DNA from: an uncultured bacterium
GTDB lineage: Bacteria > Deinococcota > Deinococci > Deinococcales > Trueperaceae
DNA length: 58,694 nucleotides
Direction: 5' to 3'
NCBI GenBank assembly: GCA_964530905.1
Contig: CAZHCI010000001.1
Location: 14,995 to 73,688, forward strand
Shown here: piece after piece, positions 30,073-37,934 of the stretch
Numbering within the stretch: position 1 is the first letter of the stretch
How the letters are laid out: each line of letters opens with the position of its first letter
Translations under genes and position numbers: made by a program
The notes under the pieces: generated by a model
Database searches by the model: none
What the model was told of the DNA's origin: nothing
What the model saw: the letters and a program-made list of their open reading frames with translations, nothing else

Positions 30073-31611
30073 ATGGCCGACCTCGCTTCCGCTGCCGACG
30101 ATCACGCCCCGCGCGACGCCGCGCCGACGTCCGACGCGGCCCCGGGTCCCGCGCCCTCCGCATCGCCGCGCCCGGAGGCGAGCGCGTTCGTGGTGTTCGG
30201 CGTGACCGGCGACCTGGCGCAGCGCAAGCTGATGCCGGCGCTGTGGACGCTCCACCGCGACGGCGCGCTGCACGCGGACACCCGGATCGTCGGCTACGCC
30301 CGGAGCGAGGGCGACGACGCCAGCCTGCGCGACGACTTCCGCTCCGCGGTCGAAGAGGAGGTCGGAGCGATCGACGACGACGCTTGGGACCGCCTGGCCT
30401 CGCGCGTGCACTACGTCCGCGGGGGGTACGACGATCCGGACGGGCACCGCGAGCTGGGCGCGCGGCTGGACGAGACCGGCCTGCGGAATCGGCTGTTCTA
30501 CACCGCCACGCCCCCCGGGACGTACGCCGGCATCGCGGACGCCATGGCCGAGGCCGGCCTGAACCGCGCCCCGGAGGGGGGCTGGACGCGCCTGGTCATC
30601 GAGAAGCCGTTCGGGCACGACCTGCGCAGCGCGCGCGAGCTGAACGAGCGGCTGCGGACGACGTTCGACGAGGACCAGATCTACCGCATCGACCACTACC
30701 TGGCGAAGGAGACCGCGCAGAACCTCGCCGTGCTCCGCTTCGCCAACACCCTGTTCGAGCCGATCTGGTCCAACCGCTTCGTCGATCACGTCCAGATCAC
30801 GATGACCGAGCCGATGGGCGTCGAGGGACGGGGCGGCTTCTACGAGGAGGCCGGCGTCGTCCGCGACGTGTTCCAGAACCACCTGCTGCAGCTGCTCGCC
30901 CTTGTGGCGATGGAGCCGCCTTCGCGCTGGGAGCCCGATCCGGTCCGCGACGAGAAGGTCAAGGTGTTCGACGCCATGGCCTGCCCGAACGCGGCGAAGG
31001 CGGTGTTCGGACAGTACGTCGCCGGTCACGGCCTGCCCGGCTACCGCGAGGAGGAGGGTGTCGATCCGTCGTCGACGCAGGCGACGTACGCCGCCGTTCC
31101 GTTCGAGGTCCGTACCTGGCGCTGGTCGGGCGTGCCGTTCTACGTCCGCAGCGGCAAGCGGCTCGAGAGCAAGGCCAGCGAGATCGTGCTGCGGTTCAAG
31201 ACGCCTCCCCACATCCCGTTCCAGCTTCCGACGGACGTCAAGGCGGATCGGCTCGTGCTCCGGGTGACGCCCAACGAGGGCATCCGCTTCGTGTTCAACG
31301 CCAAGCGTCCCGGCCAGGGCGTCCGGCTCGGACGCGTGAGCCTGGACTTCACGTACGAGGGCCGGTTCGATCGGCCGCCGCCCGACGCGTACGAGACGCT
31401 GATCCTGGACGCGATGCTGGGCGACGCGACGCTGTTCATGCGGTCGGACGAGGTCGAGGCCCAGTGGCGCGTGGTGCAGCCGCTGCTCGAGCACGCGGAC
31501 GGCGATGCGCCTCCGCACCCGTACACGGCCGGCGGCCGCGGTCCGGACGCCGCGTACGAGATGCTCGAGTCGGTGGGCCGCTACTGGCACGAGCCCGAGG
31601 ACGGCCACTGA
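30073..31611 (+). CDS. zwf: Glucose-6-phosphate 1-dehydrogenase
   Basis: In-frame ATG 30073 of ORF 29872..31611. FGVTGDLAQRKLMPAL and RIDHYLAKE motifs. About 38 aa Ala/Pro-rich N-terminal extension. TGgTATCTT box 7 nt upstream. Confidence 0.92.
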   Translation: MADLASAADDHAPRDAAPTSDAAPGPAPSASPRPEASAFVVFGVTGDLAQRKLMPALWTLHRDGALHADTRIVGYARSEGDDASLRDDFRSAVEEEVGAIDDDAWDRLASRVHYVRGGYDDPDGHRELGARLDETGLRNRLFYTATPPGTYAGIADAMAEAGLNRAPEGGWTRLVIEKPFGHDLRSARELNERLRTTFDEDQIYRIDHYLAKETAQNLAVLRFANTLFEPIWSNRFVDHVQITMTEPMGVEGRGGFYEEAGVVRDVFQNHLLQLLALVAMEPPSRWEPDPVRDEKVKVFDAMACPNAAKAVFGQYVAGHGLPGYREEEGVDPSSTQATYAAVPFEVRTWRWSGVPFYVRSGKRLESKASEIVLRFKTPPHIPFQLPTDVKADRLVLRVTPNEGIRFVFNAKRPGQGVRLGRVSLDFTYEGRFDRPPPDAYETLILDAMLGDATLFMRSDEVEAQWRVVQPLLEHADGDAPPHPYTAGGRGPDAAYEMLESVGRYWHEPEDGH

Positions 31612-31635
31612 ACGGAGCCGTGCGATCATGCGGTC

Positions 31636-32520
31636 ATGGCCGACATCCACCTGCTAGGCATCCCGATGGACCTCGGCGCCGGACGACGCGGCGTCGACAT
31701 GGGACCGAGCGCGCTGCGCCTCGCCCGACTCGCGCCCGCCCTCGCGGCGCTGGGGCACGTGCTGACCGACCACGGCAACGTCGAGGTCCCGGTGGCGGAG
31801 GCGACCGCCAGCCGCGACGCGCTGCCGTTCGCCGACGCGATCGCGGACGCCTGCGCGCGCACCTACCTGGCCGCCCGCGCCCTTCCGCCGGGCGCCCTGC
31901 CGATCTTCCTGGGCGGCGATCACTCGGTCTCGATGGGAACGGTGGCCGGCGTGGCCGACGACGGCACGACCGGCCTGCTGTGGATCGACGCGCACGCGGA
32001 CCTGAACACGCCGGGGAGCAGCCCGTCGGGCAACGTGCACGGCATGCCGGTCGCAACGCTGATGGGGCACGGCGACGCGCGGCTGACCGGCGTGTGGGGC
32101 GGGGGCGCGCTCGTGCGCCCGGAGGACGTCGTCTACATCGGTCTACGCTCGATCGATCCGTCCGAGCGGACCTGGATCCGCGAGGCCGGCATCACGGCGT
32201 TCACGATGACCGACGTGGACCGGCGCGGCATGGCCGAGGTGGCCGCCGACGCGGTCGCCACGCTGGCGCACCTGCCACGTCTGCACGTGTCGTTCGACGC
32301 GGACGTGCTCGACCCCGACATCGCTCCCGGCGTCGGAACGCCGGTCGCCGGGGGCCTCAGCTACCGCGAGGCGCACCTGCTCATGGAGATCCTGGCGTCC
32401 ACGGGACGCGTCACCAGCCTGGACCTGGTCGAGGTGAACCCGATCCTGGACGAGCGAAACCGGACGGCCGAGATCATGGTCGAGATGGCGGCCAGCCTGC
32501 TGGGCAAGACGATCCTGTGA
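31636..32520 (+). CDS. rocF: Arginase (ureohydrolase family)
   Basis: 294 aa. GGDHSVSMG, IDAHADLN, SGNVHGMP, SFDADVLDP and EVNP are the manganese-ligand motifs of arginases. Confidence 0.85.
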   Translation: MADIHLLGIPMDLGAGRRGVDMGPSALRLARLAPALAALGHVLTDHGNVEVPVAEATASRDALPFADAIADACARTYLAARALPPGALPIFLGGDHSVSMGTVAGVADDGTTGLLWIDAHADLNTPGSSPSGNVHGMPVATLMGHGDARLTGVWGGGALVRPEDVVYIGLRSIDPSERTWIREAGITAFTMTDVDRRGMAEVAADAVATLAHLPRLHVSFDADVLDPDIAPGVGTPVAGGLSYREAHLLMEILASTGRVTSLDLVEVNPILDERNRTAEIMVEMAASLLGKTIL

Positions 32521-32542
32521 ACGCGAGCGTGTGAGCGCGACG

Positions 32543-33469
32543 TCAGGGGATCGCGACCGCGTCGCGTCGTCCGGCGGCCTCCGCCAGGGCGGTGCGGAGC
32601 GCGGGCACGGCGCGCTCCAGCGCCCCCTCGCCGGCACGGATCGCGTCCTCGGCGCGGTCGAACCGCAGCCAGTGGATCGGCGGGCGGGTGTGGACCTGCA
32701 ACCCCGGCCCCTCCTGAAGCTCCACGGCCGTGCGGTACCCCTCGACCGTCCAGGCGAGGGCCCGCACCAGCGCTCCCGCCTGGCCGGGGCCCGCTCGGCC
32801 CATCGCCGCGTGCACCCGTCGCCCCCACGGATGCTCGAGCGCCCGCCTGACGGCCCGGATCGCGCCCGAGTCGTCGGCGTCGGCCCCCGCGCCGATCCCG
32901 ATCCGGAGGTCGAGCTCGAACGCGTTCAGGGTCGTGAGCGGAACCGGCGCGCCGATCCCCCCGTCGATGAGGCGCCGCCCGTCGATCACGGCCGGCGCGA
33001 ACACGCCGGGAAGCGACGCCGACGCACGCAGCGCAGGCGCCAGCGGACCTCGCTCCAGCACCACCCGCTCGCCGCTGTCCGCGTCCGTGGCGGTCACGAC
33101 CAGGGGGCGGTCGAGGTCGGCGAACGACCGTCCCTCCAGCAGCCGGTCGAAGTACTGTTCGAGCCGCCGGCCGCGGAACAGCGCGCCTCGGTGCAGGCCG
33201 AAGTCCATCACGCTGGGGAGCACGTCACGGCGCCGAAGCCGGGCCGCCTGCGCCTCGAGCGCCTCGGGGCTGCGGCGCGACGCGTAGAGCGCCCCGACGA
33301 CCGCGCCGAAGCTGGTGCCGGCCAGGACCGTGGGCGCCATGCCGTGGCGCTCCAGCGCCGCCAGCGCGCCGATGTGGGCGTAGCCGCGAGCGCTGCCGCC
33401 GCCCAGGGCGACGCCGATTCTCAAAGGGGAGCCGTGGTGGGGCGGATCGCGGTGGGGGGAGCTCGTCAC
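32543..33469 (-). CDS. Patatin-like phospholipase (RssA-like)
   Basis: ORF 32543..33697. GTG 33469 lies 7 nt after TAGCCT; ATG 33505 is the alternative. GGGSARG oxyanion loop, GTSFG nucleophile elbow, IDGG catalytic Asp. Confidence 0.85.
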   Translation of the reverse strand: MTSSPHRDPPHHGSPLRIGVALGGGSARGYAHIGALAALERHGMAPTVLAGTSFGAVVGALYASRRSPEALEAQAARLRRRDVLPSVMDFGLHRGALFRGRRLEQYFDRLLEGRSFADLDRPLVVTATDADSGERVVLERGPLAPALRASASLPGVFAPAVIDGRRLIDGGIGAPVPLTTLNAFELDLRIGIGAGADADDSGAIRAVRRALEHPWGRRVHAAMGRAGPGQAGALVRALAWTVEGYRTAVELQEGPGLQVHTRPPIHWLRFDRAEDAIRAGEGALERAVPALRTALAEAAGRRDAVAIP

Positions 33470-33475
33470 GCGTGC

Positions 33476-33526
33476 CAGGCTAGCCCGCGCGAGTGAGCCC
33501 TTCATGTCGCGCGCTGGGCTAGCCTG
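33476..33526. promoter_or_regulatory. Mirrored divergent promoter region: perfect 11-bp inverted repeat CAGGCTAGCCC / GGGCTAGCCTG supplying TAGCCT boxes for patatin (-) and GT2 (+)
   Basis: Arms at 33476-33486 and 33516-33526. TAGCCT-7-GTG 33469 on the minus strand and TAGCCT-6-GTG 33532 on the plus strand. Confidence 0.45.
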
Positions 33527-33531
33527 ACCCC

Positions 33532-34443
33532 GTGCGGATCTCCGAGGTCGTGGTCGTTCACCATCGCACGCCGGACGTGCTGCGCCGTTGCCTGGGCCGC
33601 CTGGCCCGGCACGCGCCCGGCGTTCCCGTGCGCGTTCTGGACACCGCTCCCATGCCCGGGACCGAGCGCCTGATCGGCGAGGTCCACCCTGCCGCACGTT
33701 TCGTGCCCACCGGCAACCGCTCCTACGCCGACGTCGTGAACGAGGCGTTCGCGCACGCGGCGGGCCCCCTGATCGCGGTCATGAACGCCGACGTGCTCGT
33801 CGAGGCGGACACCTTGCCCGCCATGGCCGCTCCGTTTCACGATCCCGACGTCGCGGCGGTCGGTCCCCTGGCCAGGACGCCCGAGGGCGGCCTGCAGGAC
33901 CAAGGGATTCCGTACCGCTGGGCGACCGCCTCGCTGCGCGGGCGCGGACCGCACGCCGTTCGCGACGTGCCGTGGCTGTCGGGCTGCCTGTTCGCCGCGC
34001 GCCGGGAGGCGGTCCGGGACGCCGGCGGCATGGACGGCACGCTGCGGTTCGGAAACGAGGATCTCGACTGGTGCCTGCGGCTGAGGCGCACGGGCTGGCG
34101 CTGCCGCCTGGTGGGCGCCGAGGTCGTGCACCTGGGCGGCAGCTCGACGCCGGACGCGGACCGCTTCCTGGTCGAGGGGCTCCGCGGCGGCATGATCGTC
34201 GCGCGGCGCCATCACGGTCCGCTCCGGGTCGCCGCTCAGCGCGCGGCCGTGTGGGCGTGGGCGGCGACGTGGTCGCGCCTCGGACCGCCGCGCCGCCGGG
34301 CGACCTGGTCGGCGGTCGAGCGGATGATGCGTCGCGGCGCGTTCGACGACTCGCCGTTCGGCGCGACCCTCGCCGACGACGCGCCGGGCTTTCCGGATCG
34401 CTGGCCGCCGCACGAGTCCCGGAACGGAGGCGTGGCTCGGTGA
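33532..34443 (+). CDS. Family 2 glycosyltransferase
   Basis: 303 aa. VVVVHHRTPDVLRRCL, an NADV... acidic motif, and GNEDLDWCLRLRRTGW, which is typical of GT2 (rhamnosyl/beta-glycosyltransferase-like). Confidence 0.8.
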   Translation: MRISEVVVVHHRTPDVLRRCLGRLARHAPGVPVRVLDTAPMPGTERLIGEVHPAARFVPTGNRSYADVVNEAFAHAAGPLIAVMNADVLVEADTLPAMAAPFHDPDVAAVGPLARTPEGGLQDQGIPYRWATASLRGRGPHAVRDVPWLSGCLFAARREAVRDAGGMDGTLRFGNEDLDWCLRLRRTGWRCRLVGAEVVHLGGSSTPDADRFLVEGLRGGMIVARRHHGPLRVAAQRAAVWAWAATWSRLGPPRRRATWSAVERMMRRGAFDDSPFGATLADDAPGFPDRWPPHESRNGGVAR

Positions 34444-35288
34444 CCCTGCTCGACCTGGTCGCACGGGCGGGGCCGGACCCGCTGGTGCGCTACGCGCTGC
34501 TGGGCGCGGCGGTGCTGGCGGCCGTGTCGTTGCTGGGCGGGTGGTCGCGCGGGGACGTCCGCGCGTTGACGCGTCCCGCCACCTGGATCGCGTTGGCGAC
34601 GGCGATCGTGGCCGGCGTCGCGCTCACCGCGGCGGGCGACCGGATCGGCGCCACGCTCGCGATCGGCTGGCCGCTCGAAGGGCTGCGCCGGCTGCCGCTC
34701 TACCTGCTGGCGTTGGGCTACGGTCCGACCGTGGGCGCGCTTTCGGGCCTGGCGTTCGCGGCGATCGAGGCGCGTCAGTGGCCTCTTCACGGCGCGGACG
34801 CGCTGCTGGCGCTCGAGCTCGCGGCGGTCGGATGGATCGCCATCGCGCCGTCGCCACGCCGTCACCGGCTCGCGGCGCCGCTGGCGGTGCTCGTCGGATG
34901 GTCGCTGGCGACGGCGACGCTGGGCCTGGCCGCCTGGGCCGCGGTCGGCGGTCCCGCGACGCTGTCCTCCCTGCTGGCCGCCGACGGCGCCGTCGCGATC
35001 GGCGTCCTGGCGAGCGCGCTGCTCACGGCGCTCTTGCCGCCTCGGTGGTGGCGCCGCGCCGCCCCCGGCGCGGCGGCGGGGATCGTGGGCCCCAGAACCG
35101 ACGACGGCGTCCGCTGGCTGCGACCGTTGCGCCGTCCGGCGCCGCGCCGGACACGCGACCGTTCGCTCACGCCCGCCCGCATGCCCGCTCCGCTTCGCCG
35201 TGCGCCGAGACGCGCCCGCGTCTCGACGCCGCCACGCCTGCCGGTCGGGCTGGAGCTGGCGGCGAGGCGCGGCGGACCCCGACCGTGA
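34440..35288 (+). CDS. Hypothetical polytopic membrane protein with an Arg/Pro-rich C-terminal tail
   Basis: GTG 34440 overlaps the GT2 stop (GTGA). About 6 hydrophobic segments, then about 75 aa rich in R/P. No family recognised. Confidence 0.55.
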   Translation: MTLLDLVARAGPDPLVRYALLGAAVLAAVSLLGGWSRGDVRALTRPATWIALATAIVAGVALTAAGDRIGATLAIGWPLEGLRRLPLYLLALGYGPTVGALSGLAFAAIEARQWPLHGADALLALELAAVGWIAIAPSPRRHRLAAPLAVLVGWSLATATLGLAAWAAVGGPATLSSLLAADGAVAIGVLASALLTALLPPRWWRRAAPGAAAGIVGPRTDDGVRWLRPLRRPAPRRTRDRSLTPARMPAPLRRAPRRARVSTPPRLPVGLELAARRGGPRP

Positions 35289-35322
35289 CTCCCCACGGGC
35301 GCCGCGTCCTCGCGGCTCGTCC

Positions 35323-36339
35323 TCATGGCTCGGCGTCACGGCTCGGCGTTCGTTCTGCGCCCGCGACCGTGGGCGGCGTGAGGCCGGGCCGCTCGGCCGG
35401 GACGACCACGCCGAACTCGTTCCCCCCGTCCTCGCCGTCGGCGTCTCGCCAGCTCGCGCCCCACGCCGACCCGCCCCAGCGGTCGGCGATCGACCGGACG
35501 ACGTACAGACCGAGCCCGGTTCCTCCGCCCCAGCCCGACGTGCCCTTGCCGTGAGGCTCGAACAGTCGGTCGAGGCGCCGGTCGTCGATCGGCTCGCCAC
35601 GGTCGCGCACGCGGATCGCGACCGTCCCGCGACGCTCCTCCGCCTCGACCGTCACCACGGCGTCGTCCGGCCCGTGCACGGCCGCGTTCTCGATCAGGTT
35701 CACGACCACCTGCATCACCTTGTCCGGATCGGCCCAGACGCGCACCTGCCCGACGCGTCGCTCGACACGGACGCCGTGCTCCGCGAGCCGGTCGGCGAGC
35801 ACGAAGCAGGCGCGCTCGACGACGTCGGCGAGCGCCACGCTCCGCTCCCGAGGGGGGCGCACGTCGACGGTGAGGTCGGCGAGGAGCCGGACGAGGCGAT
35901 CGGCCTCCTCGCCCGCCCGCCGCAGCAGCCGCTCGCGGGTCGCGGGCGGAAGGTCGTCGTAGTGAAGCGCCTCGAGCGTCGATCGGATCGTGGTCGCCGG
36001 CGTCCGAAGCTCGTGCGAGAGCACCGCCAGCAGCTCCCTCGCGCCCTCCACCGCCGTGCGCTCGGCGGTCACGTCGCGTAGCGCAAGCCCCTCGGCGATC
36101 CGGACCGCCGCGATGCGGCGACCGCGCAGCGTGAGCTCCAGCGGCCGCCCGTCGAGCCAGACCTGCTCCAGGCGATGGTCGCGCACGACGGCGATGAGCG
36201 CCAGCCCGACGGACCGCTCCGGATCGGCGCCCAGCATCGCGGCGGCCGCGGCGTTCACCCGCACGACGCGGCCGCGCCGGACCAGCACGACGCCTTCGGC
36301 CAGCTCGTCCAGCCAGGGGTCAGGCGTCGCGCTCGGCAA
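35323..36339 (-). CDS. Soluble sensor histidine kinase (PAS-like + HisKA + HATPase_c), PhoR-like
   Basis: 338 aa with no transmembrane segment. H-box LSHELRTPATTI, N-box VVNLIENAAVHG, G-box GTGLGLYVV. Confidence 0.85.
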   Translation of the reverse strand: MPSATPDPWLDELAEGVVLVRRGRVVRVNAAAAAMLGADPERSVGLALIAVVRDHRLEQVWLDGRPLELTLRGRRIAAVRIAEGLALRDVTAERTAVEGARELLAVLSHELRTPATTIRSTLEALHYDDLPPATRERLLRRAGEEADRLVRLLADLTVDVRPPRERSVALADVVERACFVLADRLAEHGVRVERRVGQVRVWADPDKVMQVVVNLIENAAVHGPDDAVVTVEAEERRGTVAIRVRDRGEPIDDRRLDRLFEPHGKGTSGWGGGTGLGLYVVRSIADRWGGSAWGASWRDADGEDGGNEFGVVVPAERPGLTPPTVAGAERTPSRDAEP

Positions 36340-37039
36340 GCCGGTACCCCCTGCCGCGGACGGTCTCGATCAGGCCGTCGCCCAACCGCTGGCGGAGCTG
36401 CGCGACGTGCTGATCGACGGTGCGCTCGGTGCCCAGGTAGTCCTCGCCCCAGACGCGGTCGAGAAGCTCGGGACGCGTGAACACGCGCCCTGGGTGGGCG
36501 GCGAGGTAGGCGATCAGCTCGAACTCGCGGCGCGTGAGCTCCACCTCCCTGCCGTCGCGCGTGACGCGCCCGCCCTCGACGTCCACGACCAGGCCGCGAA
36601 CCGCGGAACGACGCCTGGACGGCACGCGGCGCAGCAGCGCCCGGATTCGCGCGACCAGCTCGGGGGCGCTGAACGGCTTGACGAGGTAGTCGTCGGCGCC
36701 CGCCTCGAGTCCCCCGACGCGGTCCACCTCGCTGGCGCGCGCCGTGAGCATCAGCACCGGCAGGCGAGCGTGATCGGCGTCCGCCCGGAGCCGGCGCAGC
36801 CACGCTTCGCCAGGCTCGTCGGGCAGCATCCGGTCGAGCACCACGACGTCCGCGAGCGCCAGGCGTCGCCAGCCCTCGCGCGCGTCGGCCGCCTCGTGCA
36901 CGACGAAGCCTGCCCGCGAAAGGTGCAGCGCCACGAGCTCGCGCACCGCGGGGTCGTCCTCGACGACCAGCACCGCCGGCGCCGCCTTCGTCGTCCGGTC
37001 GCCCGGCGGCTGGCCGAGTTGCACACGGTCGTTCGCCAC
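36320..37039 (-). CDS. OmpR/PhoB-family response regulator
   Basis: 239 aa. Receiver domain (VLVVEDDP...VVLDRMLPD...DDYLVKPF) plus a winged helix (LTRREFELIAYL...TVDQHVAQLRQRL...RGRGYRL). 20-nt overlap with the kinase gene. GTG lies 6 nt after TATCGT. Confidence 0.9.
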   Translation of the reverse strand: MANDRVQLGQPPGDRTTKAAPAVLVVEDDPAVRELVALHLSRAGFVVHEAADAREGWRRLALADVVVLDRMLPDEPGEAWLRRLRADADHARLPVLMLTARASEVDRVGGLEAGADDYLVKPFSAPELVARIRALLRRVPSRRRSAVRGLVVDVEGGRVTRDGREVELTRREFELIAYLAAHPGRVFTRPELLDRVWGEDYLGTERTVDQHVAQLRQRLGDGLIETVRGRGYRLAERDA

Positions 37040-37045
37040 CCGTCC

Positions 37046-37051
37046 ACGATA
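37046..37051 (-). promoter_or_regulatory. -10 box TATCGT, 6 nt before the response-regulator GTG
   Basis: Read directly. Confidence 0.4.
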
Positions 37052-37143
37052 CCGCCGTCACGTCACGGCACCGTCATCGCGCGCCGGCCGCCCGCAGGAC
37101 GGGGCTGACGCGTCCCTGACACCGAAAGGGCAACATCGCGGCA

Positions 37144-37152
37144 TGCTACGAT
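37144..37152 (+). promoter_or_regulatory. Extended -10 TGcTACGAT, 8 nt before phoU ATG 37161
   Basis: Read directly. Confidence 0.4.
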
Positions 37153-37160
37153 CGGATGCG

Positions 37161-37799
37161 ATGAACGCGCTGGACCACGACCTGCAGGAGGTCACCGCCG
37201 AGACCGTCCGGATGCTCAGCCTGGTGCGGGCGTCGGTCGATCTGGCCCGTCGCGCGCTGATCGACGCCGACGTCGATGCGGCCGAGCTCTGCGTCCAGAA
37301 CGACCGTGCGGTCGACGAGCTCCAGGACCAGCTCGAGCACCGGATCCTGAGCGTGATCGCCCGGCGCCAGCCCGCGGCCCGGGACCTGCGCTTCCTCGGT
37401 GCGATGCACCGCGCGCTGACCGACATCGAGCGCGCCGGCGACTACGCCGTGCACGTCGCGACCGCGGGACGCGAGCTGGCGGCGCGACCGCCGCTGAAGA
37501 AGTACATCGACATGAACCGGATCCTCGAGATCGAGGAAGCGATGATCGACACGACGATCGCCGCCCTGGCCGAGAGCGACGCCGACGCGGCGCGGCGCGC
37601 GTTGGGGATGGACGAGGAGATCGACGAGCTGTACGAGCAGATCCAGCGCGAGCTGCTGACGTACATGCTCGAGGACCACCGCTCGATCACGCCGGCGACG
37701 AAGCTGTTGAGCGTCGGCCGCTACCTCGAGCGGCTGGGCGATCACATCGAGAACATCTGCGAGCACATCCTGTTCTGGATCACGGCCGAGCGCGTCTGA
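37161..37799 (+). CDS. phoU: Phosphate signalling complex protein PhoU
   Basis: ORF 37143..37799. ATG 37161 is preferred because TGcTACGAT (37144-37152) overlaps the first ATG. Two PhoU repeats with the conserved E/DxxxD-type motifs (IERAGDYAVHV, LERLGDHIENI). Confidence 0.9.
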   Translation: MNALDHDLQEVTAETVRMLSLVRASVDLARRALIDADVDAAELCVQNDRAVDELQDQLEHRILSVIARRQPAARDLRFLGAMHRALTDIERAGDYAVHVATAGRELAARPPLKKYIDMNRILEIEEAMIDTTIAALAESDADAARRALGMDEEIDELYEQIQRELLTYMLEDHRSITPATKLLSVGRYLERLGDHIENICEHILFWITAERV

Positions 37800-37824
37800 C
37801 CCGAACGACCTTCGTCGCACGAAC

Positions 37825-37866
37825 CGGGGCGCACGATCCGGGGCGTACGATCCGGGGCGTACGGTC
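37825..37866 (+). repeat. Three tandem 14-bp repeats (CGGGGCGCACGATC, CGGGGCGTACGATC, CGGGGCGTACGGTC) between phoU and the amidase gene
   Basis: Read directly. Confidence 0.85.
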
Positions 37867-37922
37867 GCAGGCGTCGGGCGACGTTGTCGGACCTTTCGCA
37901 GCGACCGGTCGGCGACGCAGCG

Positions 37923-37928
37923 TACGCT
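37923..37928 (+). promoter_or_regulatory. -10 box TACGCT, 6 nt before amidase GTG 37935
   Basis: Read directly. Confidence 0.4.
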
Positions 37929-37934
37929 CGCGTC

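Noticed and set aside
32543-33469. Patatin-like phospholipase as a CBASS or other anti-phage effector.
   Set aside because: No cyclase, E1/E2, STING/SAVED or other defence-type neighbour is present. The flanking genes are arginase and a glycosyltransferase, and the architecture matches housekeeping RssA-like patatins.
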